This document shows, piece after piece, positions 15,201 through 27,455 of a stretch of DNA of 64,000 nucleotides. This DNA comes from Haliotis rufescens (lineage: Eukaryota): the NCBI RefSeq assembly GCF_023055435.1, contig NW_025964001.1:11780001-11844000 (forward strand), written 5' to 3'. The position numbers were made by a program, and so were the translations under genes. Numbering within the stretch: the stretch's first letter is position 1; each line of letters opens with the position of its first letter. The notes beneath the pieces are model-generated. The model saw nothing but the letters and a program-made list of their open reading frames with translations, was not told where the DNA came from and did no database searches.

Positions 15201-18200
15201 AAGGTGATCGTAACTTCCATACCTTAACATAGACTTACGACAGTCGTAGTGCTAAGGTTGTTTTGTACAACGACACCCAGACCTATGTTTGACTGTTTTA
15301 CAATTCAGTATGAACACACTCAGCTATCAAACTTAACAATTTCACAAACAAATAATGAATTCTGTAAATTCACTTGTCTGTCATACAGTCCCTGAAACAA
15401 ATATATCCAATACAGCCAATGCAAGTCTATAATGTTTGGTAAGTCTAGCTTACTGCAGTATCAGGAAAAAAAAGAAAGTCTCTGGACTCCTTTTTATTAT
15501 ATTTTATAACTATAAGTTAATTACTGTTTTTTAGGTAAAATATGTTCATTTCAGAGACTAGATGTTAGTCTATAAATTCACCTCAATCTCATATACTGCA
15601 GGTGTTAAGCAGAGGCAGGCAACGAACAATCTTTGGAATAGAAGACAAGAAAGCTTGTCCAAACAGAACTCATCGGAATATGAACATGATGAATATTCAT
15701 GTACAAGTTTCAGGATTCTCTTCATTATTATTTTGGCTTGAAGCATGGAGAGATTGGGCATGGGGACTAAGTCCTTGACTGAATAGACATCAGTAGTGAT
15801 CAACACAATGTGATGTGAACATTACTACTGCCTATTGATATGTGCATAGCTGACAGGGCTGGCAAAAAAAATCGATAATCGGAATTATCATCGATGGGAA
15901 GAAATATAAATATTATAGATATAAAAATTGTGTCATCAATAATACCTTACATAAACTATTGTGATGAAATAAAGATTTACCAAAACAGACTTGTTATTGT
16001 CAATAATGTTAATTACTGAAAATGGAGTGAGTGAGTGAGTGAGTGAGTGAGTGAGTATGGTTTTACGCCGCTTTTAGCAATATTCCAGCAATATCACGGC
16101 GGGGTACACCAGAAATGGGCTTCACACATTGTACCTATGTCGGGTCCACTAAGTAATCCCTGACTAAATCTGCCACCACTCACCTGTGGAGATAAATATG
16201 TTTATTTCTTCAGGATTTTTTTCTACAACACTTATCCGATATTTATCGATAATTGATCGATATTCAGTTAACGATTATCGATCTCTATGATCTGTATCGA
16301 TAGACAGGCCTAAAAGTTGATCACACCTTTCAATTGTGAAACCGTTGACATGGTTAAGAAACTTACAAACAAAACACTAAACATTGGAACTATGCTTTCA
16401 TAAAATTATCACGATTAAGAGTATCTAGACAAATTCTCAGCATCAAAGGCTCCACGTACAAAGTCACGAGACCAACATCTTGACTCTGAAATGAATGAAT
16501 TGTACTATGAAAGTCTTCTTCTTATTAACAGGAGTTCTTATCACAAGGAGATAACGTTAATGGCACACATTTCAAAATATCAAAGTTGTATTCACCATAT
16601 TTGACTGTTTTCCATAATTCCATGAGCTATGTTAACTTGCTGGCCAAAACATTTTGTTAGATGATACTCGACCTAGCCTTGATTTTTCAGGTACTCATAG
16701 TTAGGTCATCATCACCAGGCAAGGGAGTTAACTGACTATAAAGACCAGTTTCTACCCTTGCCGAACTAGGCTTGAATTATTTAATTATATTTTGCTTGGA
16801 CTAATGAGTCTATGCATCGTCCAATCAAAATCTCGTAACCAAAATTGAAATCCGGCTAGAAAACTGCCGTGGAAAATTTGGTTGATTGCAGGATTTGCAA
16901 AGCATGTGTACTGCCAACTCTGCATCAATAGATATTTCAAAATCTCTTCATATTTACAATCAAGGTGCTCATGTGATTTGAAGCACTTCGCAAAGTAAGA
17001 ACAGTTTTATCACAATGTAGCTTTATATTATCGATCAGATCATCTTGATTGGGCGCCGCCATTTGGTTTGAAGCAAGTGATGTGAGAGGTAGTTTGTTTT
17101 TTTGTTTTACGCTGCACTCAGCAATATTCCAGCTATATGACGGTGGTCTGTAAATAATCGAGTCTGGACCAGACAGTCTAGTGATTTACATCATGAACAT
17201 CGATCCACGCAATTGGGATAGATGACATGCATCAACCAAGTCAGCAATTCTGACCACCCGATCCTGTTAATCGCCTTTTACGACAAACATAGTTGCCTTT
17301 TACGGCAAGCATGGGTTGCTGAAGACCTATTCTACCCCGGATCTTCACGGGTCATGTGAGAGGTGGAATCTGATTGGTCAACAGGAGGGACATAACTGAT
17401 AATAGCCACTGGTGGTGCTATGTTTGAGGCCAGAAATTTCAGCCTAGTTCGGCAAGGGTGGAAACTAGACTTTTACAGTCAGTTAACTCCTTTACCTCGG
17501 GAAGTTGATTAGTGGTTAACTGGTTATTATCATGCCTGCTATCAGATTGACGCTGTGTGCTACCAGTGTGTATCTGCCATCATATAGATAGGCTGAGTTA
17601 GACCATGTAGATGGCTTTTATGTCACTTTTAGCAATGTTCCCACAATATCACCTCGCGGGACAATAGAAATGAGCTGGTGAACGGAACCCGGGGTTACCT
17701 GCATGACAGTCATAGATCACAATATTGCAGAGTGTGTGGTTAAACACCAGACACACAGTATGTCTTTAAACAGCCTGGCTAACAGGATATAGCTTCACTC
17801 AGACAATATGTGACCGCCACCAGGATACACATGATCATGCTTGTGCATGTTTCCGTCGGTAATCATTGTTGTCATAAAAAATAATAATAAAAAATTGCAT
17901 ATGACTACAGATTTCCCACTTGATTATTTGCAGACCGCTTGAATAGCTGGAATATTGCCGAGTGCAGCATTAAACACCAAACCAACCAAAACAACCACAG
18001 CTACTGTCTCAGTTAAATAGCACTGTGTGAGTGGAGCATAGAACCTAAGGATTGCGAAGGGTGTTTGATTGGAGTGAGTGAGTGAGTGAGTTTGGTTTTA
18101 CGCCGCTTTTAGCAATATTCCAGCAATATCACGGCGGGGGACACCAGAAATGGGCTTCACATATTGTACCCATGTCGGAATCGAACCCGGGTCTTCGGCG

Positions 18201-19659
18201 TGACGAGCTAACGCTTTAACCACTAGGCTACCCGACTGCCCGTTTGATTGGAAAGGGGTGCCTTACTCTAATAAGTGTAAAGGTGTGCTTAATCTGAAAG
18301 GGGATGCAAGAACTAAGGATAGAGCTGGGGGTAACCTACCCTAACCCTAACACAGCTAACCTATCTGCAAAATCTCAGAAATAAACTGCTTCCGCCAGTT
18401 GTTAATAGAAGATATGTCAGATAGTAAAAGTGGAGCAGTACATAGCTTCGGTTTCACAGCTTCAAAATCCTGTGTAAGGATCAAGAGTGAGTGAGTGAGT
18501 ATGGTTTTATGCCGCTTCTGGCAATATTCCATCAATACACGCCGGGGAACACCAGAAATGGGCTTCACACATTGTACCCATGTCGGGAATCGAACCTGGG
18601 TCTTCGGTGTGACGAGCGAACGCTTTAACCACTAGGCTACCCGACCGCCCCTATGGATCAAGAAGGCAAGCAAGATTACATTTATACAGATATCCCAGAC
18701 AAGTTACGCCAGAGTGAGCTCCGAAGTGCAGCTAATTGTGACAAATAAATTTACATGTAAATTTACTGCAGGCCGTAAGGACCCATGCAAATGGAAAACT
18801 ATTGGCCTGACACAAGATTTACAAGCCACGGACCTTCAGGCAGGCGCTTATTTCAAACTCTGTTTATAAGTTTAAGGTCAAATTAATTTCATATGTATTA
18901 TAATCCAGGTAATTTATTCTCAGTATTCGCAGATATGTGTGTCCAGTTCGCACAAATGTATAGAATGGATGCAGAAAAAAATATATGATGCGTCTCAAGG
19001 GACACACAATATTATTCTTCAGCCAAATCAATGATTAAATCTTATAGTACAGTACACTACACCATTTCATTAATTTACAGGAGCCTTATAATTCCTAAAG
19101 GAACCTTGAAATTGGGTAGTTATTTGGGGTCCTCTGGACCCCTTGTTTTGCAGATCATTCTAAAACCTTGATGCTTCTTTGAATGAAGAAACTCATTGTG
19201 TCAGATTAGCAATGTTTGAGTGAACGTATGAGGAATTGTTAGACAACAAAGGAACTATGAAAATAATATGGGCCTACTGTAAGTTTCAAACCTGATCTAA
19301 GAAAAGCATATGCATGGAGAGGTGTATTTGACAAGGTTCCATCTGTGCACCCCTGAAAAATCTCTAAAGATGCTTACAACATGTACAAGGATTGGATGAT
19401 CCCAGTATATAAATCCGAAACTGAATACCAGATTGCCATTTCTTGCACAGATAAAACATATTGGGTTAGTTCGATAAATTAGACAAAAATGAAAATTTTG
19501 TTTAGTGCAGGATGTATAGTGTCTTATAAAGAAGACTATGCAGTGCCAAGATCTGCCATATAGACTTGTCACCAGATGTTTGTATAATTCATACTGAGGG
19601 ATTATCTCTTCCATGAGCGGGTGCTTGTGCGTGAATTCCAGGCAGTTACCGGAACACTG

Positions 19660-19730
<71 letters not shown>

Positions 19731-20060
19731 ACACCCGTATCTAACCTGGGGGTGGGGTTCTTTCATCTATAAATTCATGAAGGCTAGTTGTAATCAGAGA
19801 AGCGCGATCAGCAGCGTGTAAACAGCTGCCCTGCCCACTAGATATCTGCCATTTATAAAATACACAGAAAACATCTCACCACGCTTGTAGTAGTAAATCA
19901 CACTGACGAATGGCTTATGTTGAAGTGACGTATGTGATTCAGGCGTCAGGATCTCTACATGCTTGAAGTCAAATGGAATCGAAGGCTCCGCACATACAAA
20001 TGCTACGAGTAGGCCCAGGACGATATTCCAGATGCTGCCAATGCTGAATATTAACGCCAT
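6217..20060 (-). CDS. TXNDC16: Thioredoxin domain-containing protein 16-like (ER PDI family), first 5 coding exons; gene continues leftward
   Basis: Exons 20060-19880, 11024-10942, 9627-9548, 6807-6733 and 6338-6217 all have GT-AG boundaries and compatible phases. Spliced product: MALIFSIGSIWNIVLGLLVAFVCA (signal-peptide-like) EPSIPF...LTPESHTSLQHKPFVSVIYYYKRELPRLRAFFKELDKSAEYLDIYGTKTGILDCSGDAASTVEECK...YSYRDGNSLLTLELETMFDVNSIMSNILQLILLHEVPIVQ...RGKSDVIFSFHKAIGTY. This follows the TXNDC16 N-terminus as I recall it (FLEEL..DYGI..VNC, TLFDVNAI, KGKANIIFSY..AIG). I did not find the next exon in the window. Confidence 0.85.
6945..7116 (-). mobile_element. SINE family A
   Basis: Full-length reverse copy of the 9740 element. 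Confidence 0.85.
8240..8725 (-). mobile_element. Decayed non-LTR retrotransposon reverse-transcriptase fragment (in a TXNDC16 intron)
   Basis: The minus strand reads GCLLSPLLFNMFMNDL...IVCILAYTDDIALLAE (RT motifs SPxLF and YxDD) and then INPEKSKVVFF...LDYGAAV, with frameshifts. Confidence 0.85.
9740..9926 (+). mobile_element. tRNA-derived SINE family A, (TCAC)n tail; partial tandem duplicate at 9946-10043
   Basis: A/B-box head resembling tRNA-Asp (gtcacgccgaagacccgg), tail gctggaatattgctaaaagcggcgtaaa, and TSD ctatatatgtac. Confidence 0.9.
11088..11431 (-). mobile_element. tRNA-derived SINE family C, (TCACC)n tail
   Basis: Head with gtggtagagcg and ggttcgatccc boxes; TSD ctgcatgaaagg. Other copies are at 5087-5449 (cut by the gap) and 24535-24864 (decayed). 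Confidence 0.9.
12090..13206. mobile_element. Two oppositely oriented hAT-like MITEs (12090-12484, 12840-13206); third copy at ~1597-1888
   Basis: Termini agggctgggacg / cgtcccagccct, and shared internal gggtacccg/gtactcggg motifs and body. Confidence 0.7.
13471..14097. mobile_element. Non-autonomous TIR element
   Basis: TIR cccgttcacat ... atgtgaacggg, with internal cgttcaca repeats. Confidence 0.6.
16717..17497. mobile_element. Non-autonomous TIR element (~55-60 bp TIRs) carrying a nested SINE
   Basis: ggagttaactgact.taaa...agttt..acccttgccgaactaggct is inverted at 17434-17497. Confidence 0.8.
17093..17353 (-). mobile_element. SINE-like family B nested in a TIR element
   Basis: TSD atgtgagaggt on both sides. 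Confidence 0.88.
18073..18241 (-). mobile_element. SINE family A
   Basis: Full-length copy with TSD gtttgattgga. Confidence 0.9.
18486..18651 (-). mobile_element. SINE family A
   Basis: Full-length copy flanked by ggatcaaga repeats. Confidence 0.88.
19659..19728. repeat. Compound (GT)n/(GA)n microsatellite
   Basis: Read directly from the sequence. Confidence 0.95.
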
Positions 20061-23010
20061 GTCGAGCAGGACACTGTTCAACCTCCTACACCGATCTACA
20101 GCCACCCACTGTAAACATACTGTCAAGCAAAGCACATTGACACGGCTTCCGGCGGCAGATTGACCAATCGAAACGCCTCAAATGGATCTTCCTCATACAA
20201 CGCTCCAATGAGCTTCAACCGGATTTAGTCGCTATATCATTTGCCGAATGTTCACTTGCATAATACATTCACGCGGGCGTATTAAAAATCAATATAGTAC
20301 CAAAAAAAAGCCTCCGGCAAAAGCGACAAAGACAAATACTGAAAACTGAATGGCAGAACACGTGCAAATGGACGCACATTATAATAATAGACACGAAATT
20401 TACCTGTTATGTAAGGTAAAAACAATGCCATAACAATGATTAAAGAACAGGGTCCATTAAAAAAAATAATAAGATCTCGACCTGATTTATGCAAATTTCA
20501 ACTACTTTATGTTATGCAGGAAAGTCAAATAACTTATTTTCACTTTCATGTTCAAATTTTCATTGGACCCAAATTAGACATTTGTTTATGAATGGACAAA
20601 AATATATATTGTTTATTTGCGTTTTAACGCCGCACTCAGGAATATTCCAGCTATTTGACGGCGATCTGTATATAATCGAGTGTTGACCAGACAACCCAGT
20701 GATTAACATCATGAGCGTCGATCCATGCAATGTGGGATGCGATGACATGCATCAACCAAGTCAGCGAGCCTGACCACCTGATCCCGAAAGTCGCCTCTTA
20801 CGACAAGCATAGTCGCCTTTCGAGATGTACAGCACTTGACACTCATTAAGTCAATTTTAATTGGATGTTGTTCTGTTTCAGTTGCAGATGCGATTTTACT
20901 GTACATTTTTTAATGTTTTAGTTTATTGCTCTTCTTATATGCATTTGATTTATATAAGTATTACACAATGTACAGAATACCGGACAAAAAACACAGAGAA
21001 ATTGGTTACAGCACGAAAATTCACCGATATTTCCATATTATACAATACCAAGTATGATGATATTGTGGAGAAAATTATCAGCATTTGGGAGGTAAGGAAA
21101 TATTCCTATGAGTCTGTCTAGCTTTTGGTACTATATTTAGTTGGTGTTCGTTATTATTTTATTTTGGACCCCCCCCCCCCCCCCCCCCCCCCCCCCGCCA
21201 ATTTAACTTCAAATCTCATCCTTATCTCAATGCTTTTTCGATTTGTGTAAAGCTGTATTCAGGATTCAGGAGCAATGGGACTCAGAGTGGAAAAATAGAT
21301 GGTGTTAGGTGGATTAGGGTGGGCAGGGTGGATCAGGGTGGGTATGTGTGGGTGGGTGGCACCCTCATACATTCACTCACTCACTCCTCGAGCATAAATT
21401 GAGCATATCTAGTAGAATATCTGATACAGAACTGATTTTTGGGTGTCATGGTGTTCGTCATATTCGAAGTCGACTGCATATATATGTAGTAAACAAGGGA
21501 TAACTTGTGATATATGTGATTAGATAGTCCTGGGTGGGTTGGAAATTGGTTGACTCATAAATCAATCTTGACAACAAAACATCGATCAAAGCAGATAACG
21601 ACAACATATGTTGTGGTTATTACCGGTCGTGGAATAGCTAGTTATTGTCGGACTATACAGGACAAGTGAATATTATTTTTGTTTCCATTATCTAATCCTT
21701 GCCCAGAGTCCCTTCTAACTAAATATGATTTCTATAATTCCGAATTATAAATTACGTTTCACCTTTCGATGCGAATTGAAACTGAACTTTGCTATAGGCA
21801 GTCAACGCCAATCTGAAAAGTGTACGTTGCAGAAAACAAGAAATCCATTAGTCTTATTTTTTTCATATGTGAACAAATTGTGAAGTTTTGGGAAGGGCTA
21901 GAGGTATGTTGGTCTCAGACAGTGCCAATATGAATAGCTGTTACAACATTTACACACGGTGCCTGGCCCATAGCATGTGTTAACATATAGCTCCCTCGGT
22001 GTGACGACGTCCTTCTAGCAGTAGATGAAATAAACTGCATGCCGAGCAAAAGAAAATATACACTTGAAAATTGGACTGAACCATATAATTCCCAAACGTT
22101 ACTATTCTGAAAACATTCACCGAAACATGAGACGCGTAACTATACACGTGTTAAATACATCCCCATCGAATAACCATTTCTTGTTTGTTTCAGTTATAGC
22201 CCTCACCAAACACGAGCGTATTTTGTCCGGCAGTCTAGTTATGTATAGGATAAAACACGTCCGAGGGTTGTTATGATATTTAAAGGGTTTTAAATATCAT
22301 AACAACCCGAGGGGAAGTGCTTTATCTTACTTATAAACCGAAAAAAAGAAACTTTAAACAACATTTATCAACATTTATCAACAAAATATCTGTTGCTGGC
22401 ATACGGATCTTGAAAAGGACATTCTAAAAGCAGTGCGACTTATCAACGCCTCTCTAACCTAGTGGTACACTCACTGGGCTACAGAAACGAAGGTTGCGTG
22501 TTCAATCCTCGGGAATATAAAGAAAATATTTGTCATTTGATTTTACATTTCATTACATGTTACAATCTGAACGGAAGTTATATTAATAAAATACCCAGGA
22601 CATTATATAAAATCCCTGGGATGTTATAACACATTATATAGCAAATATGACTTGAATATCCTATAAAATCCCAGGGACATTACAACGTCCCGGTTTATGA
22701 GATTTAACCCGACTGGAGAACAATAGGATGACGTCACCGGAGGTTTATAAATATATCTAGTAAAGGGAGACTGTAAATGCTTCAGACTGTGGTTCCAATG
22801 TTTAGTCTATGTCAGGGTGTTGTCATAATGCCATGCTTGAAATTAAGAAGATTACTTTTGATATCATAGTTATACTTTGTATGTATAATCATATGTAATA
22901 AATAGAGAGTTGGTTATGTACAAAATGATTGCCTTTACGGAAATGGATCAAACTTGGGTAGACTGCCATATTGGCAGTGCATTGTCCCCTTTAATACTGT
23001 GGAGGTATAA

Positions 23011-23359
23011 GGTGAGGTGAAATGGGGTTTAACGTCGCGTCCAAGATATTATTGCACTTATATAGCGACGTGCATATCCGTGTGTGTGTGTGTGGCTGCT
23101 AGTCCGGACTGATGCCGATTTATAGTGCTAGCTCACTGAGATACCATGCCGCAGTTTAACATGAATACCCCATTCAGACACAGTATACTGACTCCGAGCC
23201 AACCAGTTCTTGTTTTAGCCCCTTAATGCCCCCGAGCGCCAGACAGGGTAACAACAAGTACCATCTTTTAACGTCTTTTGGTATGACGCGGCCGGGGATC
23301 GAACCCCGGACCTTCCGCTCTCCGGGCGGACGCTCTACCACTAGACCACGGAGGCGGTC
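23011..23359 (-). mobile_element. SINE family C
   Basis: Full-length copy with TSD ctgtggag(g/a)tataag. Confidence 0.9.
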
Positions 23360-24251
23360 TGTGGAGATATAAGCAGGTAGTCAAAGAGGCAATTGCGGGA
23401 CTTTTGTTTATAAAGTACACGGTGCTTGCCTGACAAATGTGCGAGTCTATTCCGAAACGTCAGAACCCAGGCGTAGACATTTACCATCCAAATATATGCT
23501 CGTTAATCGTCTACAGCGGGTTATAAAAGTGTTGGGTCAATAAAAGGTCCACGGACACCTGATACACATCGTTAATCATATTTATATGTTGTTTTAATAG
23601 GTTTTCACAAACCGCTGAGGACTGGATGTACCATATCTCCTACTCCTGCGCACGGTTATAAATTAGAATTAACCACCCTAGAATGGCTGGTGTACAATAA
23701 TAAGTTAGGGATATTGAGACATATGACAAAGCTGTTATCCACTAACAGTGATTCCAACTCAACAAAAGGTTGTTTCTAAAAGATTTTCATCGAGGCGACC
23801 AACAAGGGACTTGGCCGTTAATTTTCAATATTTATGTTATTTAATTTGAAGTGAACTTGTCATCGATTGATGTTACCTATATAGCAGCACACAACGCAAG
23901 TACGTCAGATATTTATAAATCGAGATTATGACAAAAGCATAGTCATAATTCTTGAAAACTATAACTAAAAAACTAAACACTCAAGAGTATAGACCAACAT
24001 CTCGTCTCTGAAATGAACAGAAATTATAGTTATAAAATATAATCAAAAGGAGTCAAGAGACTTTCTTTATTTTCATTTCCTGATACTGCAGTAATCTAGA
24101 TTTGCCAAACATTATAGACTTGCATTGGCTGTATTGGATATATTTGTTTCAGGGACTGTAAGACAGACCAGTCAGAGTACTTCACAACTGTTCTTGTACA
24201 ACGATATACGTATTTTACCACCGCTTACTTACGCTCCACTGACAAGTACAT

Positions 24252-24511
24252 GAGTGAGTGAGTGAGCTGGGTTTAATGCCGCTTATAACAGTATTCCAGT
24301 TATATCACGGTGTGTCAGCTTAATACGGGAGGAAAGGCCGAAGTGATGCAGGTCTCAGACGTTTACAACTTCGGTGAAACCCACGATCACCGGTATGGTG
24401 CTGACAAACCTAGAAACATAATCGGGGCGAACCGGGATTTGAACCCACAATCATAGGTTTCTCTGCTCAGCGAATTGGGGCGCCTTGGACGACTGGGCCA
24501 GCCGTGCCCCC
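24252..24511 (-). mobile_element. tRNA-derived SINE family D, (TCAC)n tail
   Basis: B-box ggttcaaatccc on the minus strand, a tail related to families A/B, and flanking gtacatga repeats. A decayed relative lies at ~11460-11700. Confidence 0.7.
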
Positions 24512-27245
24512 GATGTGTACATGACATAGTCAGGCGAGGTGAAAATATAATTGGGTTTATGGTTCAATTTAATCACAAAGTGACATGCATGCACGTGAGT
24601 TTGTGGCTGTTTGTACTAGTTGGGACTAATGCCGAATTTATACACTAGCTCACTGAGATACCATGCTGCACTTTAACATCAATACCACACTCAGACACGG
24701 AATACTGACTCCGAGCCGACCAGTCGTTGTTCGTTCTAGACACTTAATGCCAAGCGCCAGACAGGGTAACAACAATTACCATCTTTTAATATCTTTTGGT
24801 ATGCCACGGCCCAAACTTTCTGCTGTCCGTGCAGAAGCTCTACCACTAGACCAAAGAGTCGGTCTCATAACATGGTACCTCAGCAGAGGTAGTCATGTTA
24901 CAGTGTCATACAAAAGGATTCACATATAGAATGTTACCTGATGCTACTGAAAAGAATAACCAGGATTCTAATGAACCTCAATTAAAACACAGGACCTGGT
25001 ATCTATATATGACATAAATCAATATGAAAGAGGATACTTATTTATGGAGAGCTATTTTATGAAAGAAAGGAATATTTACCGCTAAGTGCAGCTCCAATGA
25101 GTACAAGATACAGACAGTGACTGAGTTAACTTAATTGGGGACTGGGTGCACAAATTCCAGGAATAAAAACTTGATGGGAGATAGCCTTTGAGGGGCTTAG
25201 CTTCAGATACCATACCATGGGATAGACATTATGGTCTGGTCACTAATAATTTGTTCAGTATTTTCCTTTTAATAGCCAGGTTTTATAGCAGTTAAAGAAT
25301 TGTCGGAAATAAATGTGTCATTCCAAATATATTTCACACCATGTCTCCTCATGTGACAAACATCACAACCTAACGTGGACATGGTCCATGAAATCAACCA
25401 CTGATATAACTGTGATACATTCACTCTATACAGCCCTTAACTTAAAAACACCCAATGGTTATCACTATGTTCAAGGTTATACAGCTTCTAGAATCCACAA
25501 CAGATGAGTTACATGACAGGGTAACTGATGTCCATCAGCATATGCTTGCACATGGCAACTAAATGCATCGGGTGTCAGATGGGCGTGACACTGTACCCTA
25601 ACAAATAAAACAAACTCAGTTTACCTGAAAGAATACACTTTATACAACAGGACGAAGTTTTTGTATAAACATGACAAGTATACCTCAGCAGCAGTTATTT
25701 GTCAAATTTCTCATTAAATCATTTCAGATATAGTTTTTAAATATATCAATACTACTTACAAGAAGCTAAGGACCGCCTGACTCTTTCATATTACTATAGT
25801 TAATTTTCCATGCTATGATAAATTAACTATAGTAATATGAAAGAATTGGCTAGTCCTTGACGTCTTTTGAGTAGTTTACATACAAGATATATGATGACAT
25901 TCAACTACACATTTGATGAACTGATTTCTTTTCAATGAATAATACTGTTGGGGGGTCATTAGAAATGTTTTTTAAATCTACATTCTCATTATTGCAGTTC
26001 CAAATTTGTTTAAGAGTTACTATTTACAATGATTCAGCATCCATGTGTACATTATATTAGATATTCTCATCAAACGGCAGTGTTTCATGCATAAAAACAA
26101 CAAACAAAAAACAATGAACAACGTACATGCAGGAAAATGCCTTAGCATGTTAACTCATCTACATTATGCTCAACAAACAACCAATTACAGCCACACAGTG
26201 TGCCACACTGTGTCTTAACTATGTGTGTTTAGAGACCAATTCAAATGTTTGATGTCCAATAAAAAAACACCTTAATTCCTCAAGTTTATGGCCCTGCCAG
26301 TTTTCCATCAGACAAAATCCACTGACCTGATTTCTCAATGTTTCATCCAGTAACCGAACTAAACCAATCCTATTTTCATTCATATTCTTTGAGGAGATGT
26401 CATTAAATATATCCAGTCTTTCTACAAGGAAGGTTTTTTTCATCGCCGGCAAGGGTCCATCTAGTGCAGTGCATTATACATGATAACAGACTTACTTAAT
26501 AAAAACCCTACAAATGATTGTCAACACCTATTAATTAACTTCATGCTATAAAAAAAAAACAGGGAAAAACACAAGATAGCAAGGGAAAAAAAGACCTCTA
26601 AATCCGGAATTCAACATTTTCAGAATTAAATTTTTTTGGTGAGTAGGGAGATATGTCTCAAAACTTAAGGAATTCAGTTTGTTTATCTGACATCCAACTT
26701 TTGAACCAGTCCCTTTCCCAGTCATGATATGCCTCACTGAGTCTCACCTTGTAACATTGTGTGGCAATGCTATGACAATGTATGGCATCAAGTGCACAGC
26801 TAATTTCAACTGCTATATCATGTTGCAAAACATACTAGAATATTCTCATCAGATTGTGTACTCAAAAGACATCAAATGTGTCTCCAAATTTAACAATATC
26901 TTGGGACAATGATATAATAATATTCGTATATGGCGATATGTATCATATTGCAACCTTTATTTCAAAACAAGTATTAGACAATAAATATTAGACAATATGC
27001 TGGTCTAGGAGACAAAAGCCAGAAACATTCAAGCAATTTTCAAATACAGGTGTCCCAAATTTCCATTGAAAGTTTGATATGTAGGTCTTCTTATTTTATT
27101 TACCTATATTTGAATACGAAACTTGGCAAAGTATTCATGATGTAAGACAAATCTAAAAAACTGACAGTTGTGAAGCAATGTCTTTGTGGAAATTTTATGT
27201 GACAAAAGTCCAGTCAGCTACATGAAATTGTTCTAAACTTTTTAA

Positions 27246-27455
27246 CTTCTTTGATAGGCATTTAGAAGTTGGAGTAGTAAGTAAAGATAAGAATTTATGG
27301 ATGAACAACTTCTTTATTACAATTAAGAGTGACGTTTCGGTGTTGGTTCTAACACCCTTATCCACTTGCTTGATAACAGTGTTAGGATCTACACCGAAAC
27401 GTCGTTGTTAATTGTAATAAAGAAGATGTTCATCCATAAATTCTTATCCTTACTT
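27246..27455. mobile_element. Penelope-like terminal-repeat remnant in inverted arrangement (also ~295-460 and 8888-9085)
   Basis: The same ~130-bp unit occurs head-to-head at three loci and contains TTGATAA-stem-GAAACGTC followed by AATAAA. The Penelope assignment is inferred. Confidence 0.55.

Noticed and set aside
15570-15806. 78-aa minus-strand ORF inside TXNDC16 intron 1
   Set aside because: Exons 1 and 2 join in phase and follow the expected protein without it, and it shows no recognisable homology.
19297-19734. 145-aa minus-strand ORF
   Set aside because: It starts in a microsatellite and lies in an intron; the product is low-complexity and unrecognisable.
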